This document shows positions 17,987 through 27,174 of a stretch of DNA of 64,000 nt, one piece after another; the stretch's first letter is position 1, and every line of letters starts with the position of its first letter. The notes under the pieces were generated by a model that was not told the origin of the DNA, searched no databases, and was given only the letters and a program-made list of their open reading frames with translations. Origin of the DNA: an uncultured Poribacteria bacterium (GTDB lineage: Bacteria > Poribacteria > WGA-4E > WGA-3G); contig CATQHZ020000001.1 of NCBI GenBank assembly GCA_958296135.2, positions 3,747,902 to 3,811,901 of the forward strand, in the 5' to 3' direction. Made by a program: the position numbers and the translations under genes.

Positions 17987-18099
17987 AGGGCGTTTTTGAT
18001 ACAATCGACGCACGGCGCGGCACAGGACCGCGCCCTACAGTGAAAAGGGAACGCGGTTTGAGAAATTCTGCATCCCCCGATTTACGGGTGAAAGTGGCG

Positions 18100-18504
18100 T
18101 TAAAGTTTCTGCCACTTAAAATGAACCGTCAGTCCAGTTCCATCTGAAGTAGAAAAAGTGAGATAGGTCCCATCCCAAGCATAGGAGGTTGGATCTCCAT
18201 CAAGTGATAAGATCGTTCCATTAGCACTCCAAGAGTAACCTAAGTGGTCAACCTTATCACCTCCATCGAACACGTAATTCATAGACCAGGACCCGCCGCC
18301 GACGTTGAGGTTGAGTTGCCCGAAGAGGTCTGGAGGACGGACAACAATGGAACTTCCATCCACTTCAACCTCTATCTCAGTCGCCGTATACTTTCCGGTG
18401 AGTTCATCCATCGCTTCATCTTCATCGTCTCCGCCGCAGCCGACGAAGGCAATGGCGAACAACGCAACCAGCATTAACGCGAAAACGCGAAAACTATTTT
18501 TCAT
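18100..18504 (-). CDS. small lipoprotein, unknown function
   Basis: RBS AAAGGAG then ATG 18504. Signal MKNSFRVFALMLVALFAIAFVGC with lipobox FVGC. Confidence 0.7.
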   Translation of the reverse strand: MKNSFRVFALMLVALFAIAFVGCGGDDEDEAMDELTGKYTATEIEVEVDGSSIVVRPPDLFGQLNLNVGGGSWSMNYVFDGGDKVDHLGYSWSANGTILSLDGDPTSYAWDGTYLTFSTSDGTGLTVHFKWQKL

Positions 18505-18895
18505 CAAAAATCTCCTTTCTCGCACCATGGCGAGCAGTTAAAGAAGCCAGACGCAAAGGCGCGCTTTGGCAGCGCGCAGACAAGAAACTGCGCCTGTCTT
18601 GTGCAACAGAAATAGCCCGTAACGAGATAGAACTCGTACGGGATTGAAGGCAAAACGACGATGGCTACCGACGTTGCCTTGTGAAAATAATGATTAACGT
18701 ATGTTACGGGGGGGGGTAAATCGCCCTAACCGATTGTCAAAACAACCGATGGCCTGTGAGGGTGCGAAGGCGCGACACGATGCACTACAGAGGGGTATCA
18801 CCTTTCCGATGTTACGATGGATATGTGCGTTATGCATAGTTGTCGCGCCTTGAGAGATTTCGGATAGCCGCCGTGCCACCCATTTTTCAATAAGA

Positions 18896-18942
18896 ATTAT
18901 ACCACAAAAAAGAATTATACCACAAAAATTTCAATTTGTCAA
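18896..18942 (-). promoter_or_regulatory. perfect-consensus promoter (TTGACA-N17-TATAAT) whose -10 region is tandemly duplicated
   Basis: Minus strand: TTGACA (18942-18937), 17 nt, TATAAT (18919-18914). The 18-bp unit AAGAATTATACCACAAAA occurs twice (18892-18927), giving a second TATAAT at 18901-18896. Confidence 0.6.
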
Positions 18943-18971
18943 ATTTTTTTAATAGAAAATCCCAACGCACA

Positions 18972-19084
18972 CCGTAGCGCGAGGGCCCGGCGATCGCGAA
19001 TCGCCGAGGGTTTCCCACGCGAACGTCCGATCTCCAACGAAAATCCCCCACGCACCGTCCCGCGAGGACCTGTCCCACGCAAAC
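18972..19084. repeat. family-2 and family-1-like GTAG repeats
   Basis: ccGTAGCGCGAGGGCCCGGCGATCGCGAATCGCCGAGGGTTTCCCACGCGAAC, followed by ccgtcccgcgaggacctgtcccacgc. Confidence 0.8.
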
Positions 19085-19666
19085 ACCTGCAGAAACAAAA
19101 AACGCCCGCAGCCCGGAGGCCAGGGCGTTTTTGATATTATCAATGCATGGCGCGGCACAGGACCGCGCCCTACGGTTCAACAGCGGTTTTCTGCGCCCGC
19201 AGCCCGAAGACCCGGGCATTGCCTGATATCATCAATGCATGGCGCGGCACAGGACCGCGCCCTACGGTTCAACAGCGGTTTTCTGCGCCCGCAGCCCGAA
19301 GACCCGGGCATTGCCTGATATCATCAATGCATGGCGCGGCACAGGACCGCGCCCTACGGTTCAACAGCGGTTTTCTGCGCCCGCAGCCCGAAGACCCGGG
19401 CGTCTCCTGATACAATCAATGCATGGCGCGGCACAGGACCGCGCCCTACGGTTCAACAGCGGTTTTCTGCGCCCGCAGCCCGGAGACCCGGGCGTTTCCT
19501 GATACAATCGACGCATGGCGAGGGGAACCCTCGGCGATTCGTGATCGCCGGGCCCTCGCCCTACGGTTCACTCCACGCCCTACGGTTCAACGCAATACAA
19601 TCTGGCCAGAAAACGGCTCACCCTGAACTCGCCCTACGGTTCAACAGCGGTTTTCTGCGCCCGCAG
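19085..19666. repeat. 92-bp tandem repeat (four full units at 19141-19508 plus degenerate units); each unit contains a REP hairpin and a copy of the 3' end of the adjacent gene
   Basis: Unit starts at 19141, 19233, 19325 and 19417 give an exact 92-bp period. The unit contains GGCGCGG-cacagga-CCGCGCC and the 34-nt string CTACGGTTCAACAGCGGTTTTCTGCGCCCGCAGC, which is identical to 19634-19667. Confidence 0.9.
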
Positions 19667-21628
19667 CAATCGCCGCATCACCTTATTCGATGCAGTCCGA
19701 GGCAAAGCCTCCACTACCACAACCTCATCAATCCGAAACAACGGATTCAGACGCTGACGCAATGCCGCTTGCAACGCTGTGTGAATTTCTGGTATGGAAA
19801 TCGCGCCGAGCGGCACAACATAAATCACCAACCGACTCGGCCCCCCATCCTTCGGCGATACCGCCACCGCCGCCGTTTCCCGAATCCCATCAACGCCGTT
19901 CAGCACCTCCTCAATTTCTGCAGAACTCACCTTAATCCCACTCAAATTCATCGTATCGTCAACGCGCCCATGAATCCGATAATATCCTCTCGCTAGCCGC
20001 TCCAGCGCATCGCCGTGCCGCCGCAGATGCGGCTGAGGCGTTCCGGAAAAATAGACTTCATCATGCGCTGCATTCAGCAAACGCCTTGACAACCCCAGCG
20101 ATGGCGGAACAATAAAAACCTCGCCGTTATCCGCAAGATTCCCCTCCTCATCGCAAAGCACAAAATCTAAACCGAGCGCGGCGGTTGTAAACGTCGAAGG
20201 CGCAGCCGGTTGCACGCGCGTACCTGTCACATACGCACCCCCGATTTCTGTCCCACCGCAATATTCAATCACCGGCCGGTAATCAGCCAGCGACATCAAA
20301 AATAGCATCTCCATCGGATTAGAACATTCGCCGGTTGAACTGAAAGCCCGAATCGCGCGCCAATCTAGGCCCTGCATGCAGCCGCTATTTCTCCACGCAC
20401 GCACCAGCGTCGGGACGACACCGAGCATGCTTACCTTCGCGTTCTGCACGAAAATACCGAAATCTCGCCCGGTCGGCACGCCATCGTAAAGGGCAATTGT
20501 GCCCCGATTGATAAGACTCGCATAGATAAGCCAAGGCCCCATCATCCAACCGAGGTTCGTCGGCCACGCGAGAACATCGCCGGGATGAATATCGTGATGG
20601 AGGAAAGCATCCGCCGCGCACTTTATCGGCGTGGTATGCGTCCACGGAATCGCCTTCGGCTCCCCTGTCGTCCCCGACGAAAAGAGGATATTCGTATGCG
20701 CTTCGGGATAACACGGCACCGCCGTAAACGTCTCGCAGGCACTCAGAAAATCCGCCCACGTCAGATCGTTCCTACTCGCGTTTAACTCCGCCGCTGTATC
20801 CGACAACACAACTGCCCTCGGCGCGTTTGCTGCAACAACCTTCTCATACAACGGCAGCCGTTTCCCACCCCGATCAATAGCATCCTGCGTAAAAACCGCC
20901 TTCGCCTTGCCGATACGAAGCCGCGTCGCAATCTCCGCTGGCGCGAAACTATCGGCAATGGACACTACCGCGCACCCCGCCTTCACAATCCCCAGATAAA
21001 TCGCGACAGATTCCGCATGCATCGGCATATCAACCGCTACTGCATCCCCCGGCTCCAGGCCGAGTGCCACCAGTCCATTTGCAACGCGGTTCGTTAGACA
21101 TTCCAACTCCTGATAGGTAATGTCTCTCAGCGTCGGATCCGTTTCGCTTCGCGCGATAATCGCAACCGCATCGTCAGGGGCGGTGAAACAACTCGCAACG
21201 ATGTTATAGCGGCTCCCTGTGATGTTCAGGTTTCTACCCGCACTTTCCACCTTGAGGGAAGGGACATGAACCCCCAATGTTTCAATCATCATCTCCCAAA
21301 ACGCAGCACGGTTATCCACACTCCACGCATGAAATTCGCGATAGGTCTCTAACTCCAACTTCTCCATCAACTGCGTAATGTTGGCCTGCGCGATATCGGT
21401 TTCAGACGGAAACCAAGCCGGCGGCGTTCCTTGCGTCTCGGCATGCCACGCCGCATACACCCTCTCATACAGCAGTTGATGCACCGCGAACGGATGCCTC
21501 GGCGACAAGATATTGCGTGAAACCTCGCGCCAACACGCCGCCGCCCCCTTTTCCGCCAAAAGCGCGTTCACTGCCTCCACTGCCTCTGCCCCTAATCCAT
21601 AAGCGATGAGTTCTTTCGATGTGAGCAT
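19634..21628 (-). CDS. AMP-dependent synthetase/ligase (acyl-/acetyl-CoA synthetase-like)
   Basis: 664-aa ORF. AMP-binding motif ILFSSGTTGEPK. C-terminal LPRTASNKVMRRLLR motif. Confidence 0.8.
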   Translation of the reverse strand: MLTSKELIAYGLGAEAVEAVNALLAEKGAAACWREVSRNILSPRHPFAVHQLLYERVYAAWHAETQGTPPAWFPSETDIAQANITQLMEKLELETYREFHAWSVDNRAAFWEMMIETLGVHVPSLKVESAGRNLNITGSRYNIVASCFTAPDDAVAIIARSETDPTLRDITYQELECLTNRVANGLVALGLEPGDAVAVDMPMHAESVAIYLGIVKAGCAVVSIADSFAPAEIATRLRIGKAKAVFTQDAIDRGGKRLPLYEKVVAANAPRAVVLSDTAAELNASRNDLTWADFLSACETFTAVPCYPEAHTNILFSSGTTGEPKAIPWTHTTPIKCAADAFLHHDIHPGDVLAWPTNLGWMMGPWLIYASLINRGTIALYDGVPTGRDFGIFVQNAKVSMLGVVPTLVRAWRNSGCMQGLDWRAIRAFSSTGECSNPMEMLFLMSLADYRPVIEYCGGTEIGGAYVTGTRVQPAAPSTFTTAALGLDFVLCDEEGNLADNGEVFIVPPSLGLSRRLLNAAHDEVYFSGTPQPHLRRHGDALERLARGYYRIHGRVDDTMNLSGIKVSSAEIEEVLNGVDGIRETAAVAVSPKDGGPSRLVIYVVPLGAISIPEIHTALQAALRQRLNPLFRIDEVVVVEALPRTASNKVMRRLLRAQKTAVEP

Positions 21629-21640
21629 TTGTCTTGATTG

Positions 21641-21712
21641 TCAGGGCGGATGTCTCTATCCACCCATCGCCATCCCTTTTCCCGTAGCGCGAGGGAAACC
21701 TGTGCCTCGCCA
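21641..21712. repeat. family-4 (GGGCGGATGTCTCTATCCACCC) and family-1/2 (ccGTAGCGCGAGGGAAACCTGTGCCTCGCC) repeats
   Basis: Direct reading of the intergenic region between 21628 and 21716. Confidence 0.75.
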
Positions 21713-21715
21713 TCC

Positions 21716-22897
21716 TCACATGCCGCTCGACAATTCCCGCAACCGATTCACAACCGCGACAACTTCCTCAGCCACAATATCTACCTCTTCCGCCGTGTTA
21801 TAGCGCCCCAAACCGAAACGCACCGCCGTCACTGCAAGCGCATCAGGAACTCCCATCGCCGTTAGCACATGCGACGGCTTAACCGACTCCGAATCGCACG
21901 CCGAACCCGTCGATACCGCCACCCGCTTCAGTCCCGACAACAGCGAATGGCTTTGCACCCCTTCAAAACAGAGATTCAAATTGCCGGGCAGCCGCTTCAC
22001 CGGATGCCCATTGAGATGAATATCCGTCAACCGCGCCCGTAGTTTCTCATACAGCCTATCACGCAACATCCCCGTAGGAGAGCCCTCCCGGTCTCGATAT
22101 CCGCCCACCCCGTCTTGACACAATTCACACGCCGCCCCCAAACCGACAATCCCGGCCACATTCAACGTGCCAGGCCGAACCCCCATCTCCTGTCCGCCGC
22201 CATAAAAAAGCGGATGCAACTGTAGCGGCGGATGTCGTTCATATCCGCCCGCGCGAACATACAGCGCGCCGACTCCCTTCGGTCCATACATCTTATGCGC
22301 TGTCAGCGATGCCAAATCCAGGCCCAATTCATCCATATTCGACAGAAGTTTGCCGATGCCCTGCACTGCATCCGAATGAAACAGCACGCCGTGTTTTTTC
22401 GCGATGGCGGCAATATCAGAGATCGGGTTAATCGTGCCGACTTCGTTATTCGCATACATGAAACTCATCAGCACAGTTTTCGGCGTAATCGCGGCTTCCA
22501 CATCGTCCGGATCGACCATCCCGTATTTATCCACAGGTAGATACGTCGTCTCAAACCCTTCCGCCTCCAGGGCGTGGCAAGTATCCAGCACGGCGTGATG
22601 CTCCGCGGTGCTTGTGATAATGTGATTTTTCCGCGTATGGGCGGTTGCGATGCCGCTGATGGCAAGGTTATCCGATTCTGTCGCGCCGCTCGTAAAAATA
22701 ATCTCCACAGGCGAACATCCGAGCAGCGTCGCGACTTGGACGCGCGCCTTCTCTACTGCATCCTTCGCTGCTGCGCCAAACGGATGCATGCTAGCGGCAT
22801 TCCCGAAATGCGTTGTCAGATAAGGCATCATCGCTTCCAGCACTTCAGGCGCGACCGGCGTTGTCGCATGGTTGTCCATGTAGATGATGTCTGTCAC
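21716..22897 (-). CDS. cysteine desulfurase (NifS/IscS family)
   Basis: 393-aa ORF. IYMDNHATTP, SGATESDN, PLP-lysine context LTAHKMYGPKG, and active-site STGSAC. Confidence 0.9.
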   Translation of the reverse strand: MTDIIYMDNHATTPVAPEVLEAMMPYLTTHFGNAASMHPFGAAAKDAVEKARVQVATLLGCSPVEIIFTSGATESDNLAISGIATAHTRKNHIITSTAEHHAVLDTCHALEAEGFETTYLPVDKYGMVDPDDVEAAITPKTVLMSFMYANNEVGTINPISDIAAIAKKHGVLFHSDAVQGIGKLLSNMDELGLDLASLTAHKMYGPKGVGALYVRAGGYERHPPLQLHPLFYGGGQEMGVRPGTLNVAGIVGLGAACELCQDGVGGYRDREGSPTGMLRDRLYEKLRARLTDIHLNGHPVKRLPGNLNLCFEGVQSHSLLSGLKRVAVSTGSACDSESVKPSHVLTAMGVPDALAVTAVRFGLGRYNTAEEVDIVAEEVVAVVNRLRELSSGM

Positions 22898-22939
22898 GAG
22901 GGTGTCTCCTTTTTGGTGCGATAATCCGTTTGGAACATA

Positions 22940-23175
22940 GAGCGGGGGCCGTTACGGTCACGCCTACAGAAAACGTGCGTGTGTCGCCTCGCGAAAGCAC
23001 GGTCACGCCTACAGAAAACGTGCGTGTGTCGCCTCGCGAAAGCACGCTACCTTACTTTAACTCTGTCATCTCTGCAGCGAGGCTGCAGAGATGTCCACTG
23101 TCTCCCGCGTGCGCCGTGGCATGCCGAGGAAAACCCTCGGCGATTCGCTATCGCCGGGCCATCGCCCTGCGGACA
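22940..23175. repeat. reverse copy of the composite element (with an internal 45-nt tandem duplication) plus an inverted family-2 repeat
   Basis: GTCACGCCTACAGAAAACGTGCGTGTGTCGCCTCGCGAAAGCACG occurs twice head-to-tail at ~22957-23046. Palindrome CATCTCTGCAGCGAGGCTGCAGAGATG at ~23067-23093. ccctcggcgattcgctatcgccgggcc...CTGC at 23130-23170. Confidence 0.8.
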
Positions 23176-23206
23176 GGAAGACAAATTTTTATCGTCGTCA
23201 AACACA

Positions 23207-24244
23207 CTACAACCGCTCGCGGAACATCGCCATCATTCCATCCGGCGGATCGAACGGTAATTCGACTACCGTATTCGTCAATCCGCTATAATAAATCCCC
23301 AACAGCAGATTGAATTCCGCCAGCGATTGCGGCAAATGCGTCGGATGCACCTTGCTCTCATCGTCCAACCACTCAAGCAACGCATCGGTGAGGCCGCCCT
23401 GCGCGATGACATCCTGCGCGCCGTAACTCAGGTCGCCGCCTTCATAACCGCCTACGGGAGTGCTGCGTTCCCAACTCTCAAACCGCCAGTGGACGAACCC
23501 ATGTTCGCCGAACACACAGACCCGCTTATGCCGATTGTTGCCGGTATCCGGCAGCACGCGCGGTGCCATCTCCGGCCCGAAGGCGACCGAGGCTTGCACG
23601 CCGTTCGCATAAGTGACTAACGCTGTCGCATTGGCAGGCGAAGGTTGCGCGCCATCCAACTGCCCTGCCCCCGAAATTTGCCCATGCACTTTCACCGGAC
23701 GCGAGTTATCAATATAAGACGACACCAATTGCAACACGTGCGGTGCCTGATCGACAGGCGGATTCCGCGCGCTCGCCTCTATAAACTTAATCGCGCCGAT
23801 CTGCCCCTCCGCCACATCTCGCTTCAACGCAAGGTTCTGCGGATGGAAATTGAGCTGCGTATTGACAACAAACTTCGTTTTGGTGCGCTGCGAGAGCTCG
23901 GAGATCTGCCGCCAATCCTCACTCTCCACTGCAATCGGTTTCTCGACAATCGCCGCCGGCACCCCGTGCTCGGATGCCTGATGCATCAGCGGGTATCGGA
24001 TACGTTCGTTCGTGCCGCGCAGCACCGGCGCAGTCACGATGTGTAACAGATCCGGCTTTTCCTTGGTGAGCATCTCATCGAGAGCGGTGTATCGGGCACT
24101 GATGCCAAATTCATCACCGAAATCGTTGAGAAGCTCTTCATTCATATCGCAAATCGCGGCCAGTTTTCCGCGTTTGACGTGTTCGTAAGCGCGGGCGTGT
24201 CCCCTTGCACGCCCCCTGCACCCCAAAATCGCACTTTTATACAT
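23207..24244 (-). CDS. Gfo/Idh/MocA-family oxidoreductase
   Basis: Start moved to ATG 24244 (RBS GGAGGA; MYKSAILGCRGRARGHARAY). Rossmann-type N-terminus, 345 aa. Confidence 0.75.
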   Translation of the reverse strand: MYKSAILGCRGRARGHARAYEHVKRGKLAAICDMNEELLNDFGDEFGISARYTALDEMLTKEKPDLLHIVTAPVLRGTNERIRYPLMHQASEHGVPAAIVEKPIAVESEDWRQISELSQRTKTKFVVNTQLNFHPQNLALKRDVAEGQIGAIKFIEASARNPPVDQAPHVLQLVSSYIDNSRPVKVHGQISGAGQLDGAQPSPANATALVTYANGVQASVAFGPEMAPRVLPDTGNNRHKRVCVFGEHGFVHWRFESWERSTPVGGYEGGDLSYGAQDVIAQGGLTDALLEWLDDESKVHPTHLPQSLAEFNLLLGIYYSGLTNTVVELPFDPPDGMMAMFRERL

Positions 24245-24320
24245 TCGGTTCCTCCGTATCCACATTCCTAATTTGTGTTGATGATACCACAGAAGCAATT
24301 TTAAAGCAACAACGCGAAAC

Positions 24321-24620
24321 GTAGGGCGGCCGCTCGTCCATGTCTGTCGCCAGGCATCGAAATCGCTACCCCCTCACCGTAGCGCGAGAGCCTGTCCCAC
24401 CGATTGGGGCGGCAATAAGCGCGCCCTCCCTGCTCAATACTCCCGGTAGGAGAGACCTCCCGCGTCTCGATGCTCCCCGGTAGTCGCGCCCTCCCTGCCT
24501 CGATGCGCCCCGGTAGGAGAGACCTCCTGGTCTCGATGCTTCACCGTAGGACGCGGTCTTGTCCCTCGTCATGCATCGACCTTCCCTTTCACCCTCATGC
24601 GAGGCCCCTCGCCATGCCGC
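24321..24620. repeat. mixed cluster of GTAG hairpin repeats (families 1 and 3)
   Basis: GTAGGGCGGCCGCTCG, ccGTAGCGCGAGAGCCTGTCCCAC, two GGTAGGAGAGACCTCC(C/T)G(C/G)TCTCGATGCT copies, and ccGTAGGACGCGGTCTTGTCCCTCGTC. Confidence 0.8.
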
Positions 24621-24886
24621 GGTCGTCCCAGGAAACGTCCGTGATGCCGGGTCGCCGACAGTTTCATTACGGTTTTCGTCTGTCTGAATCAGGATGGACA
24701 AGATGATAGGGCCTTGCAGCATAAAAATGGCTTGACCTGTAACCGCAAGATGTGTTAACATCTCCATGAAGGCTATAGACATGCCGCCGCGCCGCGCGTC
24801 TGTTGCTTCTTGTTTGAAGGTGTCTATCTAAAAGAAACTCAGTCTGAGTCTTGCGTTGACGCAGACTTCATGAGGAGGATAAGTTT

Positions 24887-26767
24887 ATGAAAAAACGAAC
24901 GTTCGTTTGTTTCTTGATTTTCACATTGTGTGTTTTTCACAGTTCGCTGCCAGGGCCTGTTTTTGGACAGGATGCCTCACTCGCCAAACAGGTGCTGGAA
25001 AAATACCGCGCGACGCTCACGCGGGAGGACATTCAAGCAGTGCTGCCGGACGTCTTGAAGGGGCTGAAAGCCCCCAACATTCAAAACCTACTGACTCCAG
25101 CTATCATCAAGGCCGCTGCTGCGAATCCAGAGCTCCTAGCCTTTGTGGGAGTTGAGCAGCCTTTCATCGACTTACTGAAAACGGATGCCGAACTCCAAGT
25201 GATGTTCAACGATGCGCAAGTGCAGACGTTGCTGCAGGATCCTGCCGCAATTGACGAACTCGCCGCTGCGTTGAACGTAGGGGAGCCGCCAGTTGCCATG
25301 CCTTCGCTCGCTGAACAGGTGTTTGCAAAGTATCGCGCGACGCTGCAGCGAGCCGATATTCAAGCGGTGCTGCCGGATGTCTTGAGGGGGCTGAAAGCCC
25401 CCAACATTCAAAACCTACTGACTCCAGCCATCATCAAGGCCGCTGCTGCGAATCCAGAGCTCCTAGCCTTTGCGGGAGTCGAGCAGCCTTTCATCGACTT
25501 GCTGAAAACGGATGCCGAACTCCAAGTGATGTTCAACGATGCGCAAGTGCAGGCACTGCTGCAGGATCCTGCCGCAATTGACGAACTCGCAGCGTTACTC
25601 AACGTTGGAGAACCGCCGCTAGTAGTTCCACGAGTGGAACCACCGGTAGTCGTCGAACCGCCGGCACAGCCACTGTATTGGATAAATACGAGGAACCGCA
25701 GACTCTATCGGATCGCCGGTAGCACTGTCAAAAACATTGTGCCGAGCGTCCAAAACGCAACCAGCATCACCGTGGATGCAGTACGGAGTAAGGTGTACTG
25801 GACAGAAAAGACTGGCGCGCAACGCGGCAGAATTCGTCGCGCGAACCTCAACGGTTCCAATGTTGAATTGGTGAAGGCCTTAACCAGCGTGCCGCGCGAC
25901 TTGGCGATTGACTCGGCAGGCAGCAAACTCTATCTAACGAACGCCTGGGGCAAAATTCAACGTCTCAACTTCAACGGGACCGCCTTCCAGCCCAACCTCA
26001 TCACCGGGTTAGAGTCGCCACAGCACCTCGCCCTGGACGTTGCAGGCGGCAAAGTCTACTGGACAGAGCCGGATAGCCTGTGGCGCGCGAACCTCAACGG
26101 CAAAAACAGAGAAAAACTCATCGCCGATTTAGGAGAGATAGGCAGCATCGCAGTCGCGGGAAACAAGGTTTACTGGACAGAAAAGAATAAGGTTGGCGGC
26201 AAAAGGGGCACTATTCGGCGTGCCGCCCTTAACGGTTCAAATGTCCAGACCCTCGCCACGTTATGGAGCATCCCGATTGGGATTACGGTGGATAGGGTGG
26301 GGCATCATCTCTATTGGACAAATTCCAATGGGCGGATCCAACGTGCGACCCTGGCGGGACAGCATCTCCAAAATCTGGTCACCGGTTTGGGCATGCCTGC
26401 CGACATCGCGTTAGGTATCGCGCCAAGTGCTGCAGCTGTTGCCGCCGCGCCTGCCCCCGTGGCGGTGTTGCCCAATACGACTGTCCTCCTTGCTAACTAT
26501 CCAAACCCGTTTAATCCGGAGACATGGCTCCCCTATCAATTAGCGGTGCCAGCGGAAGTCACAGTGACGATTTATGCAGCGAACGGTGCAGTAGTGAGAA
26601 CCCTATCTTTGGGGCATCAGTCTGCCGGGCACTATGAGAGCAAGTCTCGTGCAGCGTATTGGGATGGCCGCAATGCACAAGGAGAACCTGTTGCGAGCGG
26701 TGTCTATTTCTATACCCTGCAGGCGGGAGATTTCACGGCGACGCAGAAAATGGTGATTCGGCAGTAG
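24887..26767 (+). CDS. secreted protein: duplicated N-terminal module, YWTD (LDL-receptor class B-like) propeller, and a Por-secretion-tail/FlgD-Ig-like C-terminal domain
   Basis: RBS GAGGAGG. Signal peptide MKKRTFVCFLIFTLCVF. Repeated KVYWTE/KLYLTN/HLYWTN blades. C-terminus NYPNPFNPETWLPYQL...GVYFYTLQAGDFTATQKMVIRQ. Confidence 0.8.
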   Translation: MKKRTFVCFLIFTLCVFHSSLPGPVFGQDASLAKQVLEKYRATLTREDIQAVLPDVLKGLKAPNIQNLLTPAIIKAAAANPELLAFVGVEQPFIDLLKTDAELQVMFNDAQVQTLLQDPAAIDELAAALNVGEPPVAMPSLAEQVFAKYRATLQRADIQAVLPDVLRGLKAPNIQNLLTPAIIKAAAANPELLAFAGVEQPFIDLLKTDAELQVMFNDAQVQALLQDPAAIDELAALLNVGEPPLVVPRVEPPVVVEPPAQPLYWINTRNRRLYRIAGSTVKNIVPSVQNATSITVDAVRSKVYWTEKTGAQRGRIRRANLNGSNVELVKALTSVPRDLAIDSAGSKLYLTNAWGKIQRLNFNGTAFQPNLITGLESPQHLALDVAGGKVYWTEPDSLWRANLNGKNREKLIADLGEIGSIAVAGNKVYWTEKNKVGGKRGTIRRAALNGSNVQTLATLWSIPIGITVDRVGHHLYWTNSNGRIQRATLAGQHLQNLVTGLGMPADIALGIAPSAAAVAAAPAPVAVLPNTTVLLANYPNPFNPETWLPYQLAVPAEVTVTIYAANGAVVRTLSLGHQSAGHYESKSRAAYWDGRNAQGEPVASGVYFYTLQAGDFTATQKMVIRQ

Positions 26768-27100
26768 GAGAGACCTCTGGTCTCGATGCCTTGTAGGCGC
26801 GCCCTCCCGCGTCTCGATGCCCGGTAGGAGAGACCTCCTGGTCTCGATGCCTTGTAGGCGCGCCCTCCCGCGTCTCGATGCCCGGTAGGAGAGACCTCCT
26901 GGTCTCGATTCTTCCCCGTAGGGCGAGGGCCGTCACACCGAATCGGAACGGAAAACGGCCGCAGCCGATTTTCTCCTCGTTGAAAGACCGCGGGGGACAG
27001 GCCCCCGCGCTACGGGAGAAACGGTATTTTTCATTGTGATTGAGGGATAGCCCCCGCGCTACGGGAGAAAGGAAGGAATCGCCGCGCCAAACGTAGGGCG
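26764..27100. repeat. ~60-bp tandem array of paired family-3 repeats followed by inverted family-1 repeats
   Basis: GTAGGAGAGACCTC(C)TGGTCTCGATGCCTTGTAGGCGCGCCCTCCCGCGTCTCGATGCCCG repeats with starts at 26764, 26824 and 26885. Then gggggacaggcccccgcgCTACggg and related copies follow. Confidence 0.85.
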
Positions 27101-27135
27101 AGGGCCCGGGGCGGCCGCCGGGCTGTTAAAAAACG

Positions 27136-27165
27136 TTGACATCACACGCAACACGCTGCTATACT
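27136..27165 (+). promoter_or_regulatory. promoter TTGACA-N18-TATACT placed 9 nt upstream of the MTase ATG (near-leaderless)
   Basis: TTGACA at 27136-27141, TATACT at 27160-27165, ATG at 27175. No RBS fits in between. Confidence 0.5.
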
Positions 27166-27174
27166 TTAACTATC

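Noticed and set aside
18540-18890. Possible RNase P RNA, tmRNA, 6S or SRP RNA in the long untranslated stretch.
   Set aside because: None of the diagnostic cores I know (GGAAAGTCCGGGC / ACAGAACCCGGCTTA for RNase P, the tRNA-like ends of tmRNA, the SRP GGAA tetraloop context) is present on either strand. It is kept only as an unclassified structured leader.
19147-19996. Four 87-221-aa ORFs starting every 92 nt (MARHRTAPYGSTAVFCARSP...). CRISPR was considered for the 92-bp array.
   Set aside because: They are reading frames through identical tandem units. There are no variable spacers and no cas genes. The longest ORF runs antisense into the AMP-ligase gene.
22957-23046. 45-nt direct repeat pair considered as a mini CRISPR.
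   Set aside because: The two copies are contiguous with no spacer and are part of the composite dispersed element also seen at 7511-7640.
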